Below are positions 33,662-43,460 of a DNA stretch of 64,000 nt, in pieces. The stretch covers positions 1,707 through 65,706 of the forward strand of contig JBAYIR010000006.1 in assembly GCA_041665505.1 (NCBI GenBank). The letters run 5' to 3'. The notes beneath the pieces are model-generated. The model was not told the DNA's origin. It did not search any database and worked only from the letters and a program-made list of their open reading frames with translations. Within the stretch, counting starts at the first letter, position 1. Each line of letters starts with the position of its first letter. The position numbers and the translations under genes are program-made. Source of the stretch: Patescibacteria group bacterium. Its GTDB lineage: Bacteria; Patescibacteriota; Patescibacteriia; UBA1558; GWA2-36-10.

Positions 33662-34465
33662 ATGATGTCTGGTAAAAACAAACAAGGTTTTACTATGGTG
33701 GAGTTGATTGTTGTCGTAGCCGTACTTTTAGTTTTGTCAGCGGCTGTTTTTAGCTGGATTGATCCTTTAGCTAGAGTGGGCGAGGCCAAAAATAAAAGAA
33801 GAATCCAAGACATAAATCTTTTGTCAGCCGCTTTGGCAAATTATGCCACTGCTCATGAGGGGGTCTTACCAGTTTTGGGCTCAATAAGCACTAATAAAAA
33901 AGTTTTATGTTCGGTCCAAGGAGGGAGTAATCTTAGTTGTGCGGGAGTCAGCCAGCTTTGTTTGACAGTGGACGATGATTTTTATAAATATTTAGGAGCC
34001 TTACCATATGACCCAGATAAGACTTCAGCGGTTGATACTGGTTATTATTTACAAAAAGATGCCAGCAATAATTTGATAGTTGGCTCTTGTGCAGCGTACA
34101 ATTCAGAAGTAATTACTAAAAAGCCTAACTTGAAAGTATCTTGCCCGGCTTATGGGGGAGGTTATTGTTGGTATGCTGCAACGGAAGATACTATAAATTG
34201 TAATCAAGTTTGCTCCAACATTAATTTAGATTGTGTTGATGGAGCCAAAGCCATCTTAGATGTAGATGCCGGAGGTAATCCATTTTGTGCTCTGCAAAAA
34301 AATATAAGTGCTAGTTATTGTACAGCTGGTTGTGGTTTGTCTACAGCAGTAGGCTTCCCACCCATGTTTAATTCTCAACCAGCTTGTGATGTTCAAATAA
34401 CAGGCCCTTTAAATTGTGAGTTTGTTATGGATCAGGGAGACTCTCCAATTTGTCCTTGCCAGTAA
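33662..34465 (+). CDS. type IV pilin-like protein (prepilin N-terminal methylation motif) with a Cys-rich C-terminal domain
   Basis: 'KQGFTMVELIVVVAVLLVL' is a class III signal with Glu at +5. The C-terminal ~200 aa contain about 17 cysteines. Confidence 0.6.
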   Translation: MMSGKNKQGFTMVELIVVVAVLLVLSAAVFSWIDPLARVGEAKNKRRIQDINLLSAALANYATAHEGVLPVLGSISTNKKVLCSVQGGSNLSCAGVSQLCLTVDDDFYKYLGALPYDPDKTSAVDTGYYLQKDASNNLIVGSCAAYNSEVITKKPNLKVSCPAYGGGYCWYAATEDTINCNQVCSNINLDCVDGAKAILDVDAGGNPFCALQKNISASYCTAGCGLSTAVGFPPMFNSQPACDVQITGPLNCEFVMDQGDSPICPCQ

Positions 34466-34692
34466 TTGTTATTAATTTTATAAAAATTCTGCTTTAGACA
34501 GGATTTTTTTATTTTAGCTAATTTGTGCTATAATAACTTCGTTAATTAATAAATTCACCCCGTTAAATAAATTTGAATTTAGCGAGGAATTAAGAGGAAT
34601 ATTAAAAATAATTCGACATTAGAATTTTTATAGGTATTTAATAATTCAAATTTAATATTTAAGTACTTAAATATTATTTAATGGGGTAAATT

Positions 34693-37600
34693 ATGATTTT
34701 AGATCGAATTCAGCGTTATTTAAGCCTGGCTTTTTTCACTAGTTTAGTGATTACTCAAGCTTTGATTTTTGTAGCAGTTAGTGCCTCCAATAACAATAAT
34801 CAACTACCAGTGGTCTTTGTAGAGCCCAGCTCGGAAAATATTGAGCCTAAGCAAGCTTTTTATTTTCAGGCGATGATTTCTCAAGATAAGCTAAGTTTTG
34901 ACTCAATAAATTTTCATCTAGTCAGTCCGGCCTTAGGAGTGGATCAAATGTATGAAGCTAGTTTACAAGCTGATGGTAGTTATAAGGCTCAGAGTATTTT
35001 TGATGCTTCACTTTATCCAGCTGGTGCTTATTATCTAAGTTTGAGAGCTTATGACTATGAGAATGATATACCAGTAGCTATTTATGATTCTCTACCACAG
35101 CTTATTAATATTTCTGGCACCTATCAGGCAGCCGCTCAAGATGGTGTCCCGACTGCCATATCAATAGCTAATTTTAATTTACCACTAGCTAATAGTGTAT
35201 TGAACCCCCAAGTAGATAGCCAAATGGAAATAGAATTTTCTGTCGGGGGCAGTACAGCTAGGGATTTAAATGCTTTAAGTTTTGTCATACATAGTAGTGC
35301 TGGCTCGGATGGGCAAACGCAAGAAGTATATACTAGTCGAGAAATTTCGGGAGTGGCTTCAGCTGATGGCACAGAAATTTATTCTGATACAGTAGATATT
35401 TCTAATTTTTCAGACGGTGATTATGTTATTAATATATCTTCTAATTTGCCAGATGTTAATAGTTTATCAATTTTCTTTATAAGTTTTTCTATTTGTAGAG
35501 ATTGTGATCAAGTTGTCCAAGATTTGTCTAGTCTAACTTTAGATATAAGTTCACCATTAGCTGGGGCTAATATCACTAGTAATAATTTGAATGTCATAGC
35601 TAGCAGCTCTGCTATTTTGCCGGCTAATTATACATATCTAGCGGAAATGAAATATAGACAGAATGGAGTAGTTTTTGGTACTTATGAATTGGCTACTACT
35701 GCTAGCAATCCGCTTATTTTTTCTACTAATATAAATCTACTTAGTCAAAATATTCCTAGTGAAGATGGGTTAGCTCCTTTGAACTTGGTATATTTATCTG
35801 GTAATTATGACTTAAGTGTCTACTTAGTTGAATCAGGGGGAGTAAGACGACTAGTGGATTCTCAAGTAGTTACTTTATCTTTAGATACTGATGTGCCAGA
35901 ACCAGTTTATGAAATCAGTTTAGCCAATCTTTCACCAGTATCAAATGGCGATCTTTTGGACTTAAACTTTACTACTAGTTGGTCAGCTAGTAATTTTCAA
36001 TTTTCTCTAGTCAATTTAGATGACCCTACTATTGCTCTAGAGAGCACTATTGCTTTAGTGGGATCTGGTACTAGCTGGTCACGTCAAATATCAGCTCAAG
36101 AAGCCAATCTGACCAATGGTAGATATAGTCTATCAGCTACAGCTAGTGATACTTTGGGCCACAGTGCTCAACTTGATCCTATTACTTTTAGTTGGAATAT
36201 TACACAAGAAAATGTAGCCATAGATCCTAATCAAGTGACTTTAACTGTTTATCAACCGAGTAGTGGTCAGCTTGGTTTAGGAGGAATGTTATTTGCTAGT
36301 GCCAATATTTTGGATGTGGAATTTATATTGCGTAGTGTGGGGGATACTAACTTAGGTCACACTTTAGCCCATAATTATATTAGTTGTAGTGACCAAACTA
36401 TTTTAAGCCAAGAAGTCAGAGAACGAGCAGCTTTGTTAGGGCATCAATATTGTTTTTATTCTTTGATTTCTGATGATATAGCTGGCCAAATAATTAATGG
36501 TAATTATAATTTTTTCGTCCAACACGTGGCTCTAGATTTTACGGCACAAAGTGGTGCAGTGCTACTGACATATTTTAATGCCGACAATCAAAATATAGAA
36601 GAGCCATCAGAAATATTATTAAAAATAAATAATAATTTTGTCTATGGTGGGGATAAAAGAAATATTATTTTTTATATAATGTCTAATATAGATAATGCTC
36701 TTCGCAGTATAATATTTTATATTGAAAATTCAAAAGGAGAGCTAATATCAGATTATACATTTAGCAAAAGGGATTGGGCACAGACTGCTATGTTAAAGGA
36801 AGACTATCCAGCCACTCCTTATTTATATGCGCATGATATCAATATTAGTGAGGAGGGGAGAGTTTTTTTAGAAGATGGTGATTATAATGTTTATGCTAAA
36901 ATATTATCACTTGATGACAAAGAAGTTTTAGCTGAAAGTAATAAAGTTTCTTTTAAGGTAAAAGATGGTAAGGCTGTAAATAATGAAACAGAAAATATTG
37001 ATAAAACAGAAGAGACTCCAGATGTGACTACTAGCACGGCTAGCCAAAATTCAGCAGTAGCCAACAATAAAATAGCTATTGATTTTTATAGCACTTGTAT
37101 CGAACAAGGTATTAATAATGAACAAAGCTGTTCACGATTTAGAGCTACTATGGACTTGCTGGATGATACTTGTGTGGAGCAAGGTATTTATGAGGCTGTA
37201 GCTTGTGAGGACTATCTCTATCGTATTAAGACAGACTTGGAGTGTCAGGAAAATAAGATTATTGATAAAGAGGAGTGCAAAAATTATTTATTAGAAAAAT
37301 ATGGCGGTCAAGTAGATTGTCAATTAGAGGATAGAAATTTGTGCGACAATATTTTAAGAAATGAATATCTTAATCGTTTGGTGGCTGGTCAAAGACTGAG
37401 TCAAAATATTAGCCGAGCCACTGATTCTTGGTTGGGTAAAAATATTAGCACCAAAGAATTAAGTAATCTCTTACAAGAAAGTGGAGTAGATAGCAAAAAG
37501 GCTTTACCGCTTTTAGCTAGCCAAGATATCAAAGTATTAGTAGCTAGGGCACAAAAAGAAGTAGTGTTGGAAGAAAAAGATAAATTGACTATTTTAAACC

Positions 37601-38274
37601 AAGCCGTTTTGATATTGGATACAGACGGTGACGGTCTGTCTGATGACCTAGAAAAATATTATGGCACCGAGATAAACAATCCTGATACAGACGGTGATGC
37701 TTATAATGACGGGTTAGAAATTAAAAGTGGTTTTGATCCTTTAGGTCCAGGGGCTTTGTTAAAAACCAGAATAGATTTAGATAAGGTACTTTTAGATGAT
37801 GAAAAAAAATTGGAACAACCAAAAATTAAGTCCAAGAAAATAGACAAAAAAATGGCAGTGGAAGATGTAGTTGTTTCTCCAGAAGAGTTTAAGTTCAGTG
37901 GCAAGGCCGAGCCAGACACTTGGGTTAATATTTATTTATATAGTGCTTTGCCTTTGGTTATGACTACCAAGACAGACGCTAGTGGTAACTGGTCATATGA
38001 TGTCAAACACTCTATAAGTGATGGTCATCACAGGGTTTTTGTGACCGTCAACGATGACACTGGAAAAATAGTCAAACAATCTAGACCAATTTCATTTTTG
38101 ATCAAAGAAGCTCAAGCCGTAACAGCTGACAATTATTTTGATCAGAGTTCTGGCCAAACAGCTGTCAAAAATTCATTTATCTATTATATATTAGGAGGAG
38201 CTTTCTTAGTCTTTTTAGCTCTAGGAGTCATTATATTTCTTCACAAAGGCAAAAACAAAAATTTGGAAGTATAA
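34693..38274 (+). CDS. giant cell-surface protein (1193 aa) with N- and C-terminal TM anchors and TSP3-like Ca-binding Asp repeats
   Basis: Signal/TM at the N-terminus, 'DTDGDGLSDDLE...NPDTDGDAYNDGLE' repeats, and a C-terminal TM 'FIYYILGGAFLVFLALGVIIFL'. Confidence 0.6.
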   Translation: MILDRIQRYLSLAFFTSLVITQALIFVAVSASNNNNQLPVVFVEPSSENIEPKQAFYFQAMISQDKLSFDSINFHLVSPALGVDQMYEASLQADGSYKAQSIFDASLYPAGAYYLSLRAYDYENDIPVAIYDSLPQLINISGTYQAAAQDGVPTAISIANFNLPLANSVLNPQVDSQMEIEFSVGGSTARDLNALSFVIHSSAGSDGQTQEVYTSREISGVASADGTEIYSDTVDISNFSDGDYVINISSNLPDVNSLSIFFISFSICRDCDQVVQDLSSLTLDISSPLAGANITSNNLNVIASSSAILPANYTYLAEMKYRQNGVVFGTYELATTASNPLIFSTNINLLSQNIPSEDGLAPLNLVYLSGNYDLSVYLVESGGVRRLVDSQVVTLSLDTDVPEPVYEISLANLSPVSNGDLLDLNFTTSWSASNFQFSLVNLDDPTIALESTIALVGSGTSWSRQISAQEANLTNGRYSLSATASDTLGHSAQLDPITFSWNITQENVAIDPNQVTLTVYQPSSGQLGLGGMLFASANILDVEFILRSVGDTNLGHTLAHNYISCSDQTILSQEVRERAALLGHQYCFYSLISDDIAGQIINGNYNFFVQHVALDFTAQSGAVLLTYFNADNQNIEEPSEILLKINNNFVYGGDKRNIIFYIMSNIDNALRSIIFYIENSKGELISDYTFSKRDWAQTAMLKEDYPATPYLYAHDINISEEGRVFLEDGDYNVYAKILSLDDKEVLAESNKVSFKVKDGKAVNNETENIDKTEETPDVTTSTASQNSAVANNKIAIDFYSTCIEQGINNEQSCSRFRATMDLLDDTCVEQGIYEAVACEDYLYRIKTDLECQENKIIDKEECKNYLLEKYGGQVDCQLEDRNLCDNILRNEYLNRLVAGQRLSQNISRATDSWLGKNISTKELSNLLQESGVDSKKALPLLASQDIKVLVARAQKEVVLEEKDKLTILNQAVLILDTDGDGLSDDLEKYYGTEINNPDTDGDAYNDGLEIKSGFDPLGPGALLKTRIDLDKVLLDDEKKLEQPKIKSKKIDKKMAVEDVVVSPEEFKFSGKAEPDTWVNIYLYSALPLVMTTKTDASGNWSYDVKHSISDGHHRVFVTVNDDTGKIVKQSRPISFLIKEAQAVTADNYFDQSSGQTAVKNSFIYYILGGAFLVFLALGVIIFLHKGKNKNLEV

Positions 38275-38277
38275 GCT

Positions 38278-39660
38278 ATGTTAAAAAAATCCAATACTTT
38301 TTTACTCAAACAAAGCCATCAGGTGATATACGCTGTGGTTTTAATTCTTTTGATACCACTAGCAATTATTTTAAATACTATTTGGTCGGTAAAATCTTTT
38401 CAGACCAATATTGATATATCTTTACAAAGACAAGCTCTGATGGTCGGTCAGCTTTTTGATAGTGCAGTTTATCAAGGCCTAGAGAGTAATGATGAGATTC
38501 AAGCTAAAGTGCAAAAAATAAAAGATTCTGGTATTGAGGTGCGAAATTTTGATATTTTACTTAGAGAGGGTGAAAGTTTTAAAGTAGTAGCCAGTTTTGA
38601 TGAAAATAAAATAGGCAATTCAGCTGATGATTTAAATTATGTAATTTCTTGGCATCAAAACGAAGCAGTAGCTACTTTGGTGGCAGCGCCGACTGGCAAT
38701 GGAGCAGAAGAGGAGCGTCTTTGGGAGATAGCTATGCCGTTAAAAAATGCCAGTGGTGAAAAAACTGCTTTGCTTAGTCTGCGTTTGTCATTAAAATTAA
38801 TTGATGATTTGGTGGCTGATACCCTGACACAATCTTATGTCATCTTAACTATCACCGTCTTGATTGTTATTTTGCTACTAGCTCTTAATACTAGACTGTT
38901 TGAGCACGCTTTGCTTTTTAGAAAGCTCAAAGAAATAGATCAGATGAAAGATGAATTTATTTCTATAGCTTCTCACGAGCTGCGTACCCCTATTACTACG
39001 CTCAAAGGTTATATCTCTATGGCTTTGGAAGGTGATTATGGTCAGCTGGATGAAAAAGGAGCTAAAGGATTTAAGATTATGGAGGCTTCAGTCAATCGTT
39101 TGGGATCCTTGGTAGAAGATCTTTTAAGTGTCAGTCGTATTGAACAAAAGAGACTATCTATTTCACCAAAAGTCATTAGTTTGCCAGAACTGTTGGAGAG
39201 CTTAGAAGCAGAATTTGAATTTCGGGTCAAAGAAAAAGGTTTACAGTTTAAATTAATCAAAGAAGATAAGTTGCCACAGATTTGGGCAGATGAAGATAAA
39301 CTCAGACAGATATTAGTCAATCTGATTGGCAATGCTATTAAATATACTAAACAAGGAGAGATTGAGTTGATTGCCAAAGTGGAGGATAGTAAATTTGTCA
39401 CTTTAAATATCAAAGACACTGGTATTGGTATGGATGCCAAAGATAGAGAGGCTTTATTTACAAAATTTTATCGCGTCCAAGGTGAAGAAACTAAGGGTAT
39501 TGTTGGTACCGGCTTAGGTCTTTGGATTACCAAACAACTAGTAGAGCTCTTGGGTGGCAAAATTTATGTAGATAGCATCAAGCACGTTGGCTCGCAATTT
39601 TATTTTACTGTGCCCATATATAATGCTTTAGTACATAAGGTAGTGGAAGCTAAAAAATAA
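38278..39660 (+). CDS. sensor histidine kinase
   Basis: Two TM helices, a HisKA H-box 'SHELRTPIT', and HATPase N, G1 and G2 boxes ('NLIGNAIKYT', 'DTGIGM', 'GTGLGL'). Confidence 0.75.
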   Translation: MLKKSNTFLLKQSHQVIYAVVLILLIPLAIILNTIWSVKSFQTNIDISLQRQALMVGQLFDSAVYQGLESNDEIQAKVQKIKDSGIEVRNFDILLREGESFKVVASFDENKIGNSADDLNYVISWHQNEAVATLVAAPTGNGAEEERLWEIAMPLKNASGEKTALLSLRLSLKLIDDLVADTLTQSYVILTITVLIVILLLALNTRLFEHALLFRKLKEIDQMKDEFISIASHELRTPITTLKGYISMALEGDYGQLDEKGAKGFKIMEASVNRLGSLVEDLLSVSRIEQKRLSISPKVISLPELLESLEAEFEFRVKEKGLQFKLIKEDKLPQIWADEDKLRQILVNLIGNAIKYTKQGEIELIAKVEDSKFVTLNIKDTGIGMDAKDREALFTKFYRVQGEETKGIVGTGLGLWITKQLVELLGGKIYVDSIKHVGSQFYFTVPIYNALVHKVVEAKK

Positions 39661-39666
39661 AAATTT

Positions 39667-40314
39667 ATGTTTTATTTCAAAAATGTTATTAGCTCTGTTA
39701 CTAGGTATAAAATAAATTTAGTAATTAAAATTTTAATTATTTCTGATTTTTTGTTTTGGTCCGCCTATCAATTGTTGGGACCTTTTTTTGCTATTTTTAT
39801 TACTGATAATATAAAAAATGGTGGCTTGGAGGCGGTAGGAATTTCGGCGGCTATTTATTTGATTTTTAAATCGGTTTTTGAAATACCAGTAGGCATATAT
39901 ATTGATAGATCAAAAGTTGAAAAAGATGATTTGTATACGGCTTTTTTTGGTACTTTGTTGATGGGGTTTTTATATTTTGCTTATATATTCATAGATTCTA
40001 TTTGGCAACTTTATTTATTACAAGCTTTGATGGGGATTGCTGCTGCTTTGTCTTACCCTGGTTGGTGTTCAATTTTTACTAGACATATAGATAAAGGTAA
40101 GGAAGGGTTTGAGTGGAGCATTTATGATATTCTATCTGGAGTTGGTATGGCCGCTGCTGCCGCTTTAGGAGGTTTTATGGCGCAAGAATTTGGCTTTAAT
40201 TTTTTATTTATTTTGGTAGGGATTATTAGTATTTTTAGTGCTTTTATTTTACTTTTCATTAAAAATAAAATATATTATTGTAGTCCAAAAAAGTTAGTAA
40301 AAAAGAAAAAATAA
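39667..40314 (+). CDS. half-size MFS-like membrane protein (6 TM, possibly truncated)
   Basis: MFS motif A-like 'GIYIDRSK' and TM4 'LMGIAAALSYP'. At 215 aa it is only one six-helix bundle. Confidence 0.45.
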   Translation: MFYFKNVISSVTRYKINLVIKILIISDFLFWSAYQLLGPFFAIFITDNIKNGGLEAVGISAAIYLIFKSVFEIPVGIYIDRSKVEKDDLYTAFFGTLLMGFLYFAYIFIDSIWQLYLLQALMGIAAALSYPGWCSIFTRHIDKGKEGFEWSIYDILSGVGMAAAAALGGFMAQEFGFNFLFILVGIISIFSAFILLFIKNKIYYCSPKKLVKKKK

Positions 40315-40338
40315 TCCAGCTGCTCGCGAGAGGCTGGA

Positions 40339-40986
40339 TTATTTTAATTTAGCTAGTGAGGCTTTGATATTTTTTGAGTTTTGTAAGTATGATCCAGGAC
40401 AGACTATATTGGCGCCAGCTTTGACAATAGCTTGAAAAGTTTGATCATTTATGGCGCCATCAACTTCTATATTCAGTTTAGGGAATTGCTGGCGCAGATT
40501 TTTTATTTTAGTTAGTACTCGGCTTTGAAATTTTTGACCTTGACGACCAGGAGTGACAGCCATGATTTGGATAGTATCAAAGTGAGGAATGAGGCTTTTT
40601 ATTTTAGCTAGAGATGTCTGCGGATTGATGACCAAGCCAGTTTTAATTTCTTGGTCTTTTAGATATTTATTTAGTGCTTCGATATGCTGAGTATTTTTGT
40701 CGGCTTCATAATGCCAGATTATTTTTTGGACATTTTTGAGCTGAGACCAAATAGCGATATATTTTTTGACATCTTTGACCATTAGATGAATTTCCAATTG
40801 GTGTTTTTTGGTCAAAGTTTTTATGTCATCTGGGGTAATAGAATTTTTGCTTTTGACAAATTGACCATCCATAATATCAATTTGAGCATAATTAAAATAA
40901 TGGCTGATGTGTTTCCAATGTTTTGTAAATTCAGCTTTATTTTTAACCAAAATAGAGGGAATTATTTTTATTCTTTTTTTGCTCAT
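40339..40986 (-). CDS. rpe: ribulose-phosphate 3-epimerase
   Basis: 'IPSILV', 'IDIMDGQFV' (HxDxMDGxFV-like) and a C-terminal 'VDGAIN...AGANIVCPGS'. Confidence 0.6.
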   Translation of the reverse strand: MSKKRIKIIPSILVKNKAEFTKHWKHISHYFNYAQIDIMDGQFVKSKNSITPDDIKTLTKKHQLEIHLMVKDVKKYIAIWSQLKNVQKIIWHYEADKNTQHIEALNKYLKDQEIKTGLVINPQTSLAKIKSLIPHFDTIQIMAVTPGRQGQKFQSRVLTKIKNLRQQFPKLNIEVDGAINDQTFQAIVKAGANIVCPGSYLQNSKNIKASLAKLK

Positions 40987-41418
40987 TTAAGTGCTTATCT
41001 TTTTGATACGTCTTTTGTAGCGAGGTAAATTACCAAAATCAGTGCTAAGCCAAGTGCGGACAATTTTTAGGGCTTTTTCATGACCAAAACTCCAAGCTGG
41101 CAGGCAAATTATATTGGCATCATCATCATGGCGAGCCCTACGAGTAGCAGCTGATGACCAGCCCAAAATAGCCCGGATATTTTTGAATTTGTTGGCTACT
41201 ATAGTCATACCGTGTCCACTACCACAGATCAAAATGCCACTAGAATTTTTGTCGGCTTGGACCTTTTTGGCTACGCGTTTGGCAAAGTCTGGATAGTCAT
41301 CGGTTCTTTGGAACTTGTTGTTTCCCAAATCACTATAGGCAATATCCTTGTCGCTAAAGTATTTTTTTAAATATTCTTTGGTCTTAAAACCATTGTGATC
41401 AGCTGCGATGTAAATCAT
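40987..41418 (-). CDS. rpiB: ribose-5-phosphate isomerase B (RpiB/LacAB family)
   Basis: 'IYIAADHNGF' and 'GILICGSGHGMTIVANK' signature. Confidence 0.75.
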   Translation of the reverse strand: MIYIAADHNGFKTKEYLKKYFSDKDIAYSDLGNNKFQRTDDYPDFAKRVAKKVQADKNSSGILICGSGHGMTIVANKFKNIRAILGWSSAATRRARHDDDANIICLPAWSFGHEKALKIVRTWLSTDFGNLPRYKRRIKKIST

Positions 41419-41428
41419 ATTTTTAAAA

Positions 41429-41815
41429 TTATTTGAGTCTTAAATTTTTTGATTTGCGAGAAATGGCAAAGATGCCAAGCACAGATAGATAGGTGGCTGT
41501 GAATTCAGCGGATAATTTGTATTGATTTTTGTCTATAGCTGACATGAGGATAAAGATGAGTATTAGTATAGTCCAAGAGATAATGAATATTTCCCCGTGG
41601 TACTGTGATAGGTATTTTTTGCTTTTCCAGCGGCGATATTCTTTGAGGCCGGTAAAAATAGATAGAATAGATAGATAAATAATAGTGATATCAGTTAAAA
41701 TATGGGATAGGTCATATTTTCCTAGGAAAGTCAGTAGAAAGAAGATGGCAGTTACCACGCCCCAAAAGTCACTTAGTATTTTCCAAAAGAATAATTCCTT
41801 AGTAGGTTTTTTCAC
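41429..41815 (-). CDS. small membrane protein
   Basis: 128 aa with 4 TM helices. Confidence 0.4.
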   Translation of the reverse strand: MKKPTKELFFWKILSDFWGVVTAIFFLLTFLGKYDLSHILTDITIIYLSILSIFTGLKEYRRWKSKKYLSQYHGEIFIISWTILILIFILMSAIDKNQYKLSAEFTATYLSVLGIFAISRKSKNLRLK

Positions 41816-41954
41816 GCGTTTAGAAATTAATGATTATTTTTATTTTTTAATAAATTGCTATATAATATATTAATTATATCAAAACTAGAATTTATTTAAC
41901 AGAGTTGACTTAAAAGCTATTTATTGGTATACTTGCTCGTGTTTTAAAATATCC

Positions 41955-42029
41955 GCTCCTATAGTTCAACGGATAGAACAGCGGCCTTCTAAGCCGTAGA
42001 TGTAGGTTCGATTCCTACTGGGAGCACCA
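41955..42029 (+). tRNA. tRNA-Arg: tRNA-Arg (anticodon TCT), CCA encoded
   Basis: Cloverleaf folds by eye. 7-bp acceptor GCTCCTA/TGGGAGC, D-stem GTTC/GAAC, anticodon stem GCGGC/GCCGT with loop CTTCTAA, T-arm GTAGG-TTCGATT-CCTAC, discriminator A. A TTGACT-17-TATACT promoter lies upstream. Confidence 0.8.
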
Positions 42030-42082
42030 CTCGATTCACTTTGTTCGCTCGTGGTCTTCGACCATTTGATTATGTAATAAAA

Positions 42083-42157
42083 TTATTTATATGGTGCCTA
42101 TGGTGTAGAGGTAACACAGCAGGTTGTGGTCCTGTTATCGAGAGTTCGATTCTCTCT
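42083..42157 (+). tRNA. tRNA-His: tRNA-His (anticodon GTG) with genomically encoded G-1 and CCA
   Basis: G-1 pairs with discriminator C73. Acceptor GTGCCTA/TAGGCAC, D-stem GTGT/ACAC, anticodon loop TTGTGGT, T-arm GAGAG-TTCGATT-CTCTC. Confidence 0.8.
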
Positions 42158-42282
42158 AGGCACCCCATAAGAGCTTCTCGCGTAAGCGAGGAGTTTTTGT
42201 ATTGTTTAAGTAGCAATAATGTAAAATATACCTTACGTAAAGTAAATTTGACATTATGTTTCTAATACTATATCATAAAACT

Positions 42283-42504
42283 ATGAAAGAAAGTATTTCT
42301 AATGAAGTCTATGAATTTAGAACTAAGGCTAAAATCAGACAAGAAGATTTGGCTGAAGCTATTGGTGTGACTAGACAAACTATTATAGCTATAGAGCATG
42401 GTAATTATTCGCCTTCACTTATTTTAGCTATAAAGATAGCGCGTTATTTTAATACAAATGTTGAAAAAATATTTACTTATATTTATGACAAAAAAAATAT
42501 TTAA
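42283..42504 (+). CDS. XRE-family HTH transcriptional regulator
   Basis: 'IRQEDLAEAIGVTRQTIIAIEHG' is an HTH_3 motif. About 73 aa from the internal ATG. Confidence 0.65.
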   Translation: MKESISNEVYEFRTKAKIRQEDLAEAIGVTRQTIIAIEHGNYSPSLILAIKIARYFNTNVEKIFTYIYDKKNI

Positions 42505-42850
42505 AGAGATTATTATTAGTTTAGTTTTAGTGGTGTTGATCATTAGTTTTTTGGATCCTTTTATGCTTTGGATGCCCTCTCAGATTTTAATGATGGTTTT
42601 GTTTGGACTAGTAGTTGTTTATATTATCTATACAGTTTTTCTTTGGCGTGAGCAAGCTAAAGATGAAAGAGAAGAGTTACATCGCTTGCTGGCTAGTCGT
42701 TATAGTTGGTTAGCGGGGTCAATAGTATTGATAGCAGCGGTTATTGTTCAAGGTTTGAAGCACGACATTGATCCTTGGATATTATATAGTTTATTAGTCA
42801 TGGTTTTAGTAAAAACTATAAGCAGAATATATGGTTCATTTAAGTATTAA
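42485..42850 (+). CDS. small membrane protein co-transcribed with the XRE regulator
   Basis: 3 TM helices, overlapping the XRE stop. This matches the typical XRE plus membrane-partner arrangement. Confidence 0.45.
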   Translation: MTKKIFKEIIISLVLVVLIISFLDPFMLWMPSQILMMVLFGLVVVYIIYTVFLWREQAKDEREELHRLLASRYSWLAGSIVLIAAVIVQGLKHDIDPWILYSLLVMVLVKTISRIYGSFKY

Positions 42851-42875
42851 TTTAATAAATATTAAGAAAAAATAT

Positions 42876-43451
42876 ATGAAGAAAATATATAAACAGGAAG
42901 GCAATACTGCATTAATTGCCATAATTCTAGGCTTGATTATTATTGGTGGTGGGGCTTATCTTCTGTTAAATAAATCAAATAATAATCAAGCCTTAGAAGA
43001 GCAAGAAAAAGCTATGATGCAGGAAGAAAATTCTAAAAAAGATGAGGAAACTATGGAGGAAAATAAAAATGCTATGATGGAAAATACTAACATCAATATA
43101 AACACTAATGATTCCATGATGGAAGAGGATAAAATGATGGCTGAGGCTGGTGCCTATGTCAGTTATAGTCAATCTGCTTATGAAGCTGCTAAAGACAAAA
43201 CTAGAATTTTGTTTTTTCACGCTACTTGGTGTCCAACTTGCAAAGCAGCCAATGCGGATTTTGAAGCCAATTTGGATAAAATTCCTACTAATGTTTTTTT
43301 ATTCAAAACAGATTATGATAAGGAGACAAGTTTAAAACAAAAATACGCTATTACTTATCAGCATACTTTTGTTTTGGTAGATGCTAGTGGTCAGGCTATC
43401 AAAAAATGGTCAGGCGGAAGCATTGATGAGTTGATAAAAAATATTTTATAA
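42876..43451 (+). CDS. membrane-anchored thioredoxin-fold protein
   Basis: N-terminal TM and a Met/Glu/Asn-rich linker. 'FHATWCPTCK' is a CxxC thioredoxin motif. Confidence 0.6.
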   Translation: MKKIYKQEGNTALIAIILGLIIIGGGAYLLLNKSNNNQALEEQEKAMMQEENSKKDEETMEENKNAMMENTNININTNDSMMEEDKMMAEAGAYVSYSQSAYEAAKDKTRILFFHATWCPTCKAANADFEANLDKIPTNVFLFKTDYDKETSLKQKYAITYQHTFVLVDASGQAIKKWSGGSIDELIKNIL

Positions 43452-43460
43452 AATATTTTT

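Noticed and set aside
31761-39440. Antisense ORFs inside korA (31761-31958-), the giant surface protein (35136-35372-, 37701-37919-) and the histidine kinase (39042-39440-)
   Set aside because: They are fully embedded antisense in confidently assigned genes.
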